DNA of 64,000 nt from a virus, in the IMG/VR virus record IMGVR_UViG_3300043436_004382, positions 1-64,000 of that record. One strand, written 5' to 3'. The notes under the pieces were generated by a model, which was not told the origin of the DNA, ran no database searches, and worked only from the letters and a program-made list of their open reading frames with translations. Position numbers and translations under genes: made by a program. Each line of letters opens with the position of its first letter. Within the stretch, counting starts at the first letter, position 1. Below are positions 56,479-64,000 of the stretch, one piece after another.

Positions 56479-56868
56479 TTAGTAAAGGTCATTGAGCAAA
56501 ATGTACTCGAACCAACCAATATCGTCAATTCCGCTAGAATCATACATCCAGGTTTTAACCTGTTCAAGTTCTTGAGAATCGTCATCAGACTCAGAGTCTA
56601 TGTGCTTTTCGAACAGTTCTTGGAACTTAGATTTTAGAGTATCGATTGCAGCATTTACTTCCGGATCAGAACTCCATTCGTCAACTAAAGTTGTGTAACG
56701 TTCTTTAAACGGGGCAGAGTAATTAGTTAAACCCAGATCTCTAAGACGGTCCTTTTCGCCTTTATCGAGGTCTTGATCTTCGTTTATGAATTGATCAAAT
56801 GCTTTTAAATTTTTCATGAATGATCTTTTATTTTTTGCCTGTTTTTTGGGTGCCGAATTGGGCTGCAA
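56479..56868 (-). CDS. Acidic hypothetical protein
   Basis: 129-aa ORF. Confidence 0.4.
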   Translation of the reverse strand: MQPNSAPKKQAKNKRSFMKNLKAFDQFINEDQDLDKGEKDRLRDLGLTNYSAPFKERYTTLVDEWSSDPEVNAAIDTLKSKFQELFEKHIDSESDDDSQELEQVKTWMYDSSGIDDIGWFEYILLNDLY

Positions 56869-57454
56869 CTATCTTTGAGAGTTCAATGTCTTGATCTGTT
56901 GCTCGATTGATTGCATCCTTCTCCATTCTTCTCATGAAGTCCGGAAACTGGGCTCCAACCTTGAGCACGCATTCGGTCCAAGGTTTTGGATCGTACTCTC
57001 GCTTTTTGGTGTAGTACTCACGAGCAATCTCGCCAGAGGTATCATCGTCCAGGTAGACGGTGTCTGCTCCAAGCTTGAAACTTGCTTCAACTGTTGGGTA
57101 ATCCTCCATTGAAATGGACCATTGGCATGAGGTTTCATTCTCAAGCTCGGCCCAACACTTCACGCTCTCATTGGTCTCTTCGAACTCAACCAGCTTTTTT
57201 ACTTTACCTGTGAGCCAGTCCTTAAATGTTTTGGGTTCCTCAGGCGCTGGTGCTTCAGGTGTCGTTTCAGTAGTGTCCTCTTCGGGCTCGGTTTCAGCGG
57301 GTTCTTGCACCTTAACTGGCTCCTCTTCAGGCTCGGCTGCAGGTTCAGGCTTGGGCTTCTTCTCCTGCTTTTTGAAAGGCACGGGCTTGTGAGCTTGGTC
57401 CGCTGCGCGTTCCATGTCCTCAAAGAAGTTTTCGTATAGTTTAATGTATTTCAA
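56828..57454 (-). CDS. Hypothetical protein with a capsid-targeting-like N-terminus (MKYIKLYENFFED) and a Pro/Glu-rich linker
   Basis: PEPAAEPEEEPVKVQEPAETEPEED low-complexity linker; motif family member. Confidence 0.5.
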   Translation of the reverse strand: MKYIKLYENFFEDMERAADQAHKPVPFKKQEKKPKPEPAAEPEEEPVKVQEPAETEPEEDTTETTPEAPAPEEPKTFKDWLTGKVKKLVEFEETNESVKCWAELENETSCQWSISMEDYPTVEASFKLGADTVYLDDDTSGEIAREYYTKKREYDPKPWTECVLKVGAQFPDFMRRMEKDAINRATDQDIELSKIVAAQFGTQKTGKK

Positions 57455-57493
57455 AGTAGAATTATTTATTTAACCGGTTATTACGCTTGGCAT

Positions 57494-57997
57494 TTACTTG
57501 GACCTCATGGTTTTTTGGATTTGAGCCTTGAGCTGCTTAAGCTTGGGTAGGGTCTCATCGATCACCTGTACAGGTTCGGGCTCTGGGGCTCTGGAATAGG
57601 CCAGTTCACCTTCACCGGCACCAGATCCCTGATCGGGTCTAGACTTCATCATTTGTTCTTGACGACGAACTGCAGGCTTGACACTGCACTGGGCCTCCTC
57701 GATCATGCCATTGACAATGTTCATGATCTCTTGCTGTTTTTGAATTAGGTTTGCCGTGCACTCGCTCTGGCCGCTAATGAGATCACGATTGAGTTTCTCG
57801 ACCTGGGCCGAGAGCTCCATGATCTGAGTCTGTTGGCTCTTGACCCTGATCTCAAGCTCGGAACAGTCGGTCGTGTGGCGATCGATTAGGCTTGGACCCA
57901 GACTAATAAGCACTATCGTGAATACAAGTATGAGCAGGGCCGTGATTCGCTGGGCTGGCGTGAAGCTCTTAAGAATGTCTGAAATGTTGTTGAACAT
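57494..57997 (-). CDS. Membrane-anchored coiled-coil protein
   Basis: N-terminal TM helix ITALLILVFTIVLISL followed by coiled coil. Confidence 0.4.
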   Translation of the reverse strand: MFNNISDILKSFTPAQRITALLILVFTIVLISLGPSLIDRHTTDCSELEIRVKSQQTQIMELSAQVEKLNRDLISGQSECTANLIQKQQEIMNIVNGMIEEAQCSVKPAVRRQEQMMKSRPDQGSGAGEGELAYSRAPEPEPVQVIDETLPKLKQLKAQIQKTMRSK

Positions 57998-58090
57998 AGG
58001 GATTCCAGTTTATTGTTATTTATCGCCCGATCTACTGGCACAAAAAAAGCCCCAAATATTGGAGCTTTGATTGCTTGCGTTTTTTATTAT

Positions 58091-58666
58091 TTAACCGACT
58101 CTTTCAAGTTCCTCAATACCACTAAATACTCTACCGTTGCCAACAATATTGGTTTCTATCCAATTGTGAACCTCATCCTGGTTATCAGTTGTGGTTACGA
58201 TCGTGAACCTAATAAAGTTTCTCTGATCATAATTCATTGAGTCAAAACCTTGATCCTCTATCGCCTGCTTCACAAGGTCTATAAGCTCACCGAGCCTTTC
58301 CTTAGTATCAACATCAAGCCCAAGTTCATCAATTAAGTCTAGTAACTCAGGTTTTCTCATTTGGTCAATCTCATCTTCGGTTGGAATCTCATCATCTCGT
58401 GATACGTAATCCTCCTCGGTCCATTCATCGATATCAACTGAGTCCTCCTTTACCTGAAAATCGGAGCTAACTGAATTAATTTCAGGTAACCACTCAATCA
58501 ATTTGCTCTTGATGTATTCCGGTTCACTCTGACAAGCTTGATCGAACTCAATCTCGAGCTCAACATCCCAATCAATAAGTAATCCAAGTTCCCTTAGTCG
58601 GCCTTCTTCGTCTCCAGTAAGACTCTCGTTCACGAATTGATTAAAGTTTTTAACTAATTTTTGCAT
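58091..58666 (-). CDS. Acidic hypothetical protein with a capsid-targeting-like N-terminus (MQKLVKNFNQFVNESL)
   Basis: 191 aa; motif family member. Confidence 0.55.
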   Translation of the reverse strand: MQKLVKNFNQFVNESLTGDEEGRLRELGLLIDWDVELEIEFDQACQSEPEYIKSKLIEWLPEINSVSSDFQVKEDSVDIDEWTEEDYVSRDDEIPTEDEIDQMRKPELLDLIDELGLDVDTKERLGELIDLVKQAIEDQGFDSMNYDQRNFIRFTIVTTTDNQDEVHNWIETNIVGNGRVFSGIEELERVG

Positions 58667-58690
58667 TGTTTTATTGTTGTTTTTGTAAGA

Positions 58691-59215
58691 TTATTTATTA
58701 GACTCAAGGTCCCGTCTAAGCATGAAGTAGCCTAGATAGTCTTGGTCCTCCCATTCAACCGCTCTAGTCCCGTTCCCGTCCTCAAAGAGCACCACCCTAA
58801 CCTCGTCCCCGTATTCCGGCGACTCAAGAAAGATCTCTTTAAGCTGTCGTGAACTCTCAGGTCGACGATACTCGTCGGTGTCCGGATCATAGGTTATTAT
58901 ACCAGGAAAGCGACGGCAGAATTCACGAACGCTCGGCTCGGTCAGGTGGGTGAGAGCCAGCAGGTTAAAGACCTCAACCACAGAGTCCAGCGGTAAGCTG
59001 TCAAGCAGTTGTTGCTGATTAGCAAGGCCAAGTTCATGGAGTCTGGCAACATCCGGCGGTGGCTCAATGCCAAGCATTTTACAGGTCTCAATCGCGGCCT
59101 CTGAGTACATCTCAAGGCGGTCTTCCGCCTCGGCAAAATGGTCCGGATTGAGCACGTCCTGTAGAGTTGCAAGTTCTGAATTATTGAATTCTTCGAATAT
59201 CTTAAGGTATTTCAT
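58691..59215 (-). CDS. Hypothetical protein with a capsid-targeting-like N-terminus (start moved to the internal MKYLKIFEEF)
   Basis: The ORF-track start at 59254 would overlap the upstream gene. The internal Met restores the family motif. Paralog of 59227..59703 (shared ..LHELGL..). Confidence 0.5.
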   Translation of the reverse strand: MKYLKIFEEFNNSELATLQDVLNPDHFAEAEDRLEMYSEAAIETCKMLGIEPPPDVARLHELGLANQQQLLDSLPLDSVVEVFNLLALTHLTEPSVREFCRRFPGIITYDPDTDEYRRPESSRQLKEIFLESPEYGDEVRVVLFEDGNGTRAVEWEDQDYLGYFMLRRDLESNK

Positions 59216-59226
59216 TTGAGTTTTTT

Positions 59227-59703
59227 TTATAATGCTGAGCCCAACATGAACCACATCTTAACATAGAAGCTCTCCCATTGGACCGCAGTATTACCAGCTG
59301 AGTCCTTCCACACGATCACATCTACTGGATCTCCAGGATCGATGTCAGCTTCCGGATCAATCTCCTTGTCGGGAATCGCTTTGCGGCTGGCGATAAGCTC
59401 ATCGTAATCAAGCGTGAAGAGTCCCGGAAACTTCTGAACCAGGGCTCTGAGCCTTGGGCCATCAGCGTGTGTGAGCTCATTAATATTGAACACCAGCGTG
59501 ACTCTATCGAACAGTTCGTACTCGTCAATGAGGCCAATCTCCCGAAGTCGTTGTTCATCTGGATCAAGTTTAAGATCAAGAGCATTGACCGTTTCAAGTG
59601 CGGCCCTTTCAAAATCTTCGAACTCGTCAGGGTTATTCTCGACCACGTCCCTTAGGGTCGGTAGATCAGAGGCAAGTTCCTCGAATAGTTTAATATACTT
59701 CAT
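59227..59703 (-). CDS. Hypothetical protein with a capsid-targeting-like N-terminus (MKYIKLFEEL)
   Basis: 158 aa; motif family member. Confidence 0.55.
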   Translation of the reverse strand: MKYIKLFEELASDLPTLRDVVENNPDEFEDFERAALETVNALDLKLDPDEQRLREIGLIDEYELFDRVTLVFNINELTHADGPRLRALVQKFPGLFTLDYDELIASRKAIPDKEIDPEADIDPGDPVDVIVWKDSAGNTAVQWESFYVKMWFMLGSAL

Positions 59704-59716
59704 GGGATTATTTATA

Positions 59717-60544
59717 TTACAGGTAGTTACTTGAGCCGGCTAGTCGATCTTCCCAATAGCGCAGGATCTCCTCGTTCGATGTGCCTTCAGGAAAATCAGA
59801 GCGCATTGGAAGATTCATGGGTTCCTTACTATCCTGACCGAATCTTGGGTTTTTCACGGTCACATTGGTTACAACAATAGGGTCTGGACCCAGTCTGTCT
59901 TTTGCACCGAATTCGGGACTAGGGCCAATGCGGGTGATAATAATCTTGGTGCCGTCCTTGGTATGAAGAGTCTCCATGGACTGGGAGCGGTGAATGTTGG
60001 TGCTCTTGGTCTCAGCAGGCAGAGGCAACTTAACCAGATACTCCTTTTGGCTCCAGGCCATGTATCTAAAGCTTACGTCTGGATCATCGCTCCACTCGCC
60101 TTCTTCTTCAGCCTTTGCCTGCTCCGGAGAGACCTTGGCAAGACCCAACCAGCTGGCTGCCCATTCAATGGAGAGTAGAATATTCGGACGAACCTTTTCT
60201 ATTGGTATCGACAATAGGGTGTGTTCACCGAACCTGGCTGCAACATCCCGATCAGAAGAAAAGGAGGTTATTCGATCATGTATGGTGTAGTTATCTGAAT
60301 CCGGTTCCCAGTCCTGGTGCAGCCCACGCCAAAGAGTCTTCACTCTCTTGGAGTCTAGTTGCCTAAGGCTCTCTTCGCGGATGAAAGGATTGTTCTCGAT
60401 CAGTCTAATCAGTTCATCGGCATCCGATTCGGTAAACCTAAGACTCTCTTCATTGCCCATGACCCAACTCTCAATAAGCCTCATTAGCTTGGGCTTTAGT
60501 AGGTCCCTACTTTCAAAAAGTTGCTTAGATATGATGTACTTCAT
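59717..60544 (-). CDS. Hypothetical protein, motif-family-like N-terminus (MKYIISKQLFES)
   Basis: 275-aa ORF. Confidence 0.5.
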   Translation of the reverse strand: MKYIISKQLFESRDLLKPKLMRLIESWVMGNEESLRFTESDADELIRLIENNPFIREESLRQLDSKRVKTLWRGLHQDWEPDSDNYTIHDRITSFSSDRDVAARFGEHTLLSIPIEKVRPNILLSIEWAASWLGLAKVSPEQAKAEEEGEWSDDPDVSFRYMAWSQKEYLVKLPLPAETKSTNIHRSQSMETLHTKDGTKIIITRIGPSPEFGAKDRLGPDPIVVTNVTVKNPRFGQDSKEPMNLPMRSDFPEGTSNEEILRYWEDRLAGSSNYL

Positions 60545-60556
60545 AAAGTTATTTAT

Positions 60557-60590
60557 TAAAAAAGGACCGATATTGCTATGGGTCCTTTTA
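60557..60590 (-). terminator. Rho-independent terminator followed directly by the AATAAATAAC motif and a start codon
   Basis: AAAAGGACCCATAGCAATATCGGTCCTTTTTT on the minus strand. Confidence 0.5.
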
Positions 60591-60607
60591 GAATCATGTG
60601 TACTTGT

Positions 60608-61087
60608 TTATTCTTGAATTGGGTTATCGCCAACATAGTCTTTGATTAGCTTGGCAGTCTCGGTCTCGCAATAGCTTTTCCATTGGGCATTCAGCCGAAT
60701 CGGCAGTCTAAAACTCGATCCACGTGGGCCAATCAATTCCAGACCGTTGGCCTTTACGAAATCCATTGCCCGGTCCATCGCATCAAGGCTAAAGTTCTCA
60801 AATTCAGCCGGGCTCAATTTCAATAGAGGTTCAAACTTAAGCAGACCGTCGGTGTCTCGGTCTATTATCATCTTGTGTAGAGTCTTGGTTCCGGATTGAG
60901 TGTATGAGTCGGGCTCATTTTCGTATCGTGTCCTGATCCTGTCCAGATTGGCCAGCCCAATTCGAAGGGCTCGTTGGGTTAGGCTGGTTCCAACCGATCG
61001 AACGGTTGGCAGTATCGTGCAGCGGACTGGTCTGGTCTCATCATCAGAGTCATGCATGAGATTCTCAAATAGTTTAAGGTATTTCAT
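60608..61087 (-). CDS. Hypothetical protein with a capsid-targeting-like N-terminus (MKYLKLFENL)
   Basis: 159 aa; motif family member. Confidence 0.55.
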   Translation of the reverse strand: MKYLKLFENLMHDSDDETRPVRCTILPTVRSVGTSLTQRALRIGLANLDRIRTRYENEPDSYTQSGTKTLHKMIIDRDTDGLLKFEPLLKLSPAEFENFSLDAMDRAMDFVKANGLELIGPRGSSFRLPIRLNAQWKSYCETETAKLIKDYVGDNPIQE

Positions 61088-61114
61088 GAGTTAGTCTTTT
61101 TTAGTTAGAGTTAT

Positions 61115-61300
61115 TTATTCTCCAACCGCCCGTTCAAAGACGATGAAGTAACCGCCCCTAAAGAACTGGCTTGAACCTGTGGAAACGTGCTGTGCGGTAA
61201 CTGACACAATCTGCCAACCCTCGGTAAGTAGGGCATCCACCTTGGCCTGCACCTCATGCGAGCCCTGATCACCGGTCACGAGTACTTTTTGTTCTTTCAT
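61115..61300 (-). CDS. Hypothetical small protein
   Basis: 61-aa ORF. Confidence 0.3.
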   Translation of the reverse strand: MKEQKVLVTGDQGSHEVQAKVDALLTEGWQIVSVTAQHVSTGSSQFFRGGYFIVFERAVGE

Positions 61301-61319
61301 GTTGTTCTATTTGTATTAG

Positions 61320-61396
61320 AGGTCAGGACAGGATTCGAACCTGTAATATAGTGCATCCAGTAGATGCTTGCGTCTGACCAATTCCGCCACCTGACT
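61320..61396 (-). ncRNA. tRNA-like element 1 (class II Leu-like D-arm, canonical T-arm, aberrant anticodon/variable region)
   Basis: AGTCAGG-TG-GCGGAATTGGTCAGACGC..AGCAT-CTACTGG-ATGCA..ACAGGTTCGAATCCTGT-CCTGACC. The 1-72 pair is mismatched and position 34 would be A. Confidence 0.4.
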
Positions 61397-61477
61397 ATGT
61401 AGTGGAGCGTCATCCATTTCTGGATTATCCACTTCTGTTACGTTATCTCACGATAAGAGGCTTTACAGAGCACCATG

Positions 61478-61558
61478 TAGTCAGGACAGGATTCGAACCT
61501 GTATAATTTCATCTCTACTCTATGAGTCGGAATTACTGTAACCGCCCAGCGCCTGACT
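61478..61558 (-). ncRNA. tRNA-like element 2 (same acceptor and T-arm as element 1, different non-canonical body)
   Basis: AGTCAGG-CG-CTGGGCGGTTACAG...CTCATAGAG...ACAGGTTCGAATCCTGT-CCTGACT-A; no canonical D or anticodon arm. Confidence 0.35.
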
Positions 61559-61573
61559 ATAGAGTCTATTATA

Positions 61574-61603
61574 CAAAAAAAAGGGGCTCAATGGCCCCTT
61601 ATT
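61574..61603 (-). terminator. Rho-independent terminator
   Basis: AAGGGGCCATTGAGCCCCTT plus TTTTTTTT on the minus strand. Confidence 0.55.
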
Positions 61604-61621
61604 AAACTTGAATAGTAATGT

Positions 61622-62071
61622 TTAGTTTTCGTCGCTGATCCAGGTCGCAAGCTTTAGTGCAACTCGTCTGGCAAGCTTCTCCATTGAGTAGTCGCCAGGA
61701 TTAGCGGTCACGGTTATTGAGTCTTGGTTCGTTGACCCATCGCCCTTGGTAATGAATACGTCAGCAACATCGCCAGCCGGTGAAAAGTCATCCTCTTCTT
61801 CCTGGCCCTTGTAGTAGTTATCAGTTGCGGGCTCAATGAAGTAGTAGTTCTCAGGATCTTCTGGACTCTCAACATAGATGATGTAGCCGCCTTCGACGTC
61901 GCTAGATTTTTGAAGAGATGTATTCCATTCAGGTAGTAGCTTATCAACTTCCATTTTAATGGCGGTCATTAGGTTGGACTCAGTCGTTGTTCTAAACGAA
62001 GCCATGCGATCGCCCTCTTGAATTTCGTTCTCATTAACGAATTGAGTAAATCCTTTAATTAATTTTTTCAT
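61622..62071 (-). CDS. Hypothetical protein with a capsid-targeting-like N-terminus (MKKLIKGFTQFVNENE)
   Basis: 149 aa; motif family member. Confidence 0.55.
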   Translation of the reverse strand: MKKLIKGFTQFVNENEIQEGDRMASFRTTTESNLMTAIKMEVDKLLPEWNTSLQKSSDVEGGYIIYVESPEDPENYYFIEPATDNYYKGQEEEDDFSPAGDVADVFITKGDGSTNQDSITVTANPGDYSMEKLARRVALKLATWISDEN

Positions 62072-62104
62072 TATCTGTATTTTTTTTTTTGTAAGATTAT
62101 TTAT

Positions 62105-62470
62105 CTAGGTCAAGTCAATCTCTTCTCCCGATTCATTGTCTATTAATACAGAACAACCTGCACGCCTTGCAATCTCTTGTGCTCTATCCCATAGTGCTTG
62201 ATTGACCGCCTCATGATCTTCATCCGAATCAGAGTCGAGTACCGATGGATCCAGTACATTGGCTAATGAGTCAAGGCTAATTAGCACGTTTTTACCCGGC
62301 AGGTTGCTGAACTCAAGCCTAAGCATGTCGTCGTTACTGTTACCCGAATAGGCAGTTGCAACCGTCTGAAATCCCATTGTTCCAAGTTCTCTAGCAATGG
62401 AATTAGAGTCTTCATGGTCCATGTGGTTTTCATTTACGAACTGTTGAAATCCTTTAATTAATTTTTGCAT
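62105..62470 (-). CDS. Hypothetical protein with a capsid-targeting-like N-terminus (MQKLIKGFQQFVNENH)
   Basis: 121 aa. The upstream region (TTTTTTGTAAGATTATTTATCTAG) is identical to that of 61622..62071, so the two are tandem paralogs. Confidence 0.55.
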   Translation of the reverse strand: MQKLIKGFQQFVNENHMDHEDSNSIARELGTMGFQTVATAYSGNSNDDMLRLEFSNLPGKNVLISLDSLANVLDPSVLDSDSDEDHEAVNQALWDRAQEIARRAGCSVLIDNESGEEIDLT

Positions 62471-63019
62471 TATCTGTATTTCTTTTTTGTAAGATTATTT
62501 ATCTAGGGGACCGTGGACCTCTTCTCATCCCAAAACACCGAGGCGCGCCCTACACAGTAAAGTAAAGAGATTACTCTAGCTACTAAACCTACCCAGTCTA
62601 GTAAACCGACCAAGTCTACCTATACTATAAAAAAGATTATTATAGAAGCCAACACTACAGCCAGCCCTATAGGCCAAACCCAATCAAAGCTTATCTCTCT
62701 TCTTTTCATATAGGCTAGTATACCCAATCTCGCTCAAGCCAGGACCCGGACCGGGACCCCAGGAGACCACCTGACCGGGGCCGACCCTGGCCAACCGCGG
62801 CCCTACCCGGGACTAGGGAGTAGACCCCTCAGCCACGCCCAAGAGGTACCTACTGTGCGGACCTGGGGACTACGGAGTACGGCGAGCCCCCGCCCCGGCC
62901 CCGGAACGGGCCACCCTGGGTCGCGAGGGGCCCACGACTCGGGACATATACGGACACCGCGGGACACCGAGGCCGGGGTTGTCCCAAGAGTCCACGGACC
63001 CGGCCGGATAAATAACCTC

Positions 63020-63667
63020 ATGGAGAATACAGACAATACCGCAGACCCTCGCGAGACCCGGACCTTTCCGACCGGCGAGCTCGTGTACAAGAAGGAGGCC
63101 GCGAAGTTCTTGGGAGTTTCCCTAAAGACTGTGGACCGCTATGTAGCCGACGGCAGGCTGCAGAACTGGAAGAATCAGGTCAATGGCCGGACCTACTATG
63201 ACAAGCAGGACCTACTTAAGTTACTAGGGAGTAGGCTGCCCCAGTCCCGAGAGGTATGGGTTTATACCCGATCCGCTCCAATCGAGGGAAACCACACGTT
63301 GGGTAAAGGGGCCAAGGCTAGACTCGCAGCCCAGACCGAGCGGGTCCTGAAGTACTGTGCGGCGGCCGGGGTCCGGGTGGACCGAGTAATTGAAGACGTG
63401 GGCAAGGCTGGCTCTCTCGCCGGCAGGTCTGGCCTGGACAAGATCATGGACGGGGTACTGCGCAAGCAGGTCTCAATGATTGTCGTCGAGACCCCTGACC
63501 GGATCGCGCGCTTTGCTGGCCAAGAGATCATAGAGAGATTCCTGACCTGGCACGGTGTCGAACTGCATGTAGTTAGTAAGCACTTAACAACTGAAGAGAT
63601 GCGGGAAGAGTTAAAGTCGGATCTAGCTGATCTCATCCTGGAGTCCCGTCGCTTGATTGGGGATTAG
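63020..63667 (+). CDS. Serine recombinase with an N-terminal MerR-type HTH (IS607-family TnpA-like resolvase/invertase)
   Basis: HTH LVYKKEAAKFLGVSLKTVDRYVADGRL. Catalytic domain VWVYTRSAPIEG..LAGRSGLDKIMDGVLRKQVSMIVVETPDRIARF matches the GxSGxxRPGLxxxLxxxxxGDxLVVxxLDRLxR pattern. The ATG at 63020 is preferred over the ORF-track 62855 because GGATAAATAACCTC precedes it. Confidence 0.65.
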   Translation: MENTDNTADPRETRTFPTGELVYKKEAAKFLGVSLKTVDRYVADGRLQNWKNQVNGRTYYDKQDLLKLLGSRLPQSREVWVYTRSAPIEGNHTLGKGAKARLAAQTERVLKYCAAAGVRVDRVIEDVGKAGSLAGRSGLDKIMDGVLRKQVSMIVVETPDRIARFAGQEIIERFLTWHGVELHVVSKHLTTEEMREELKSDLADLILESRRLIGD

Positions 63668-63987
63668 AGAGAATATGGAACCATTGGCTCGCCGGTCAGG
63701 CTACCACCGCCATCGAACGGCAGGTCTGTTCCCATTGGAATCTCGGGCGCGTCCTCGTCCAGCACGTAAATATGGTCATAGCGGCGGCCCCATTCGCGTA
63801 GGAGTACCGCTGCTTTGGAGTTAGCTTCATTCTCGATCTCGCTACCGTCGCCGCCGTCCAAGGCTTTACCCTCTTCGCGTTGGCGCCAATGCACAAGCTC
63901 GTGAGCAAGGGTCCGGTACCAGTCAGCTGGAATCCGCTGACCTCTTAGTACCCAGATTAGATCTTCCTTTGGACTATAGTAACCCAT
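63664..63987 (-). CDS. Small HExxH protein in the GC-rich island (ImmA/IrrE-like or other minimal zincin)
   Basis: LAHELVHWRQ motif; 107 aa; ~60% GC. Confidence 0.4.
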   Translation of the reverse strand: MGYYSPKEDLIWVLRGQRIPADWYRTLAHELVHWRQREEGKALDGGDGSEIENEANSKAAVLLREWGRRYDHIYVLDEDAPEIPMGTDLPFDGGGSLTGEPMVPYSL

Positions 63988-64000
63988 TGCCCTGTGGTCT

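Larger units (their letters stand above)
62700..64000. mobile_element. GC-rich foreign island (~60% GC versus under 40% elsewhere), IS607-like; extends beyond the window end
   Basis: Abrupt composition shift near 62.7 kb. Degenerate GGGAC-containing sub-repeats at 62740-63000 upstream of the serine recombinase gene. Confidence 0.5.

Noticed and set aside
58042-58085. Terminator-like hairpin AAAGCCCC..GGAGCTTT
   Set aside because: The stem contains a mismatch and the T-run is interrupted; too weak to call.
62855-63019. Upstream in-frame extension of the serine recombinase ORF (ORF-track start 62855)
   Set aside because: The extension is a Pro/Gly/Arg-rich translation of the GC-rich repeat region. 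The ATG at 63020 is directly preceded by the phage-wide ATAAATAAC element, and the product begins with the HTH as in IS607 TnpA.
62803-63090. Minus-strand 95-aa ORF and other ORFs (63262..63636, 63696..63908) in the GC-rich island
   Set aside because: They overlap the recombinase or HExxH genes antisense; high GC inflates random ORF length.

Overview
This 64-kb window is AT-rich and almost entirely minus-strand coding. It reads as a large virulent T4-like phage of a Bacteroidetes host, with a GC-rich island (~60% GC) beginning near 62.7 kb and running past the window end.

Main content:
- Phage replication and RNA genes: split type II topoisomerase (gp52-like and gp39-like), a DinG-like helicase, ClpP, an RNA repair gene set (two RNA ligases, a Pnk-like kinase, metallophosphoesterases, a CCA-adding enzyme head domain, a 2H phosphoesterase) and an HD-domain (p)ppGpp hydrolase.
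- A minus-strand tRNA operon at 19.4-25.9 kb with at least 20 tRNAs, several tRNA fragments, a TCA-anticodon (opal-reading) tRNA, and a Ro60/TROVE+vWA gene (rsr-like) flanked by a Y-RNA-like tRNA-like element.
- Metabolic genes: methylglyoxal synthase, GDP-fucose synthesis (gmd/fcl) with glycosyl- and methyltransferases, PRPP synthetase, thioredoxin.
- Lysis genes: a GH19 endolysin, a GH24 lysozyme and a lytic transglycosylase.
- A surface-protein cassette: C-type-lectin protein, beta-barrel protein, and a protein ending in a type IX secretion (T9SS) C-terminal sorting domain.
- Two sigma-70-family factors.
- At least 18 paralogous proteins that share an N-terminal MKyIKLFEeFvNE motif resembling the T4 capsid-targeting sequence.
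- The GC-rich island carries an IS607-like serine recombinase (MerR-type HTH plus resolvase domain) and a small HExxH protein.

All calls come from reading the sequence and the ORF track by eye; no database searches or RNA-folding programs were run.
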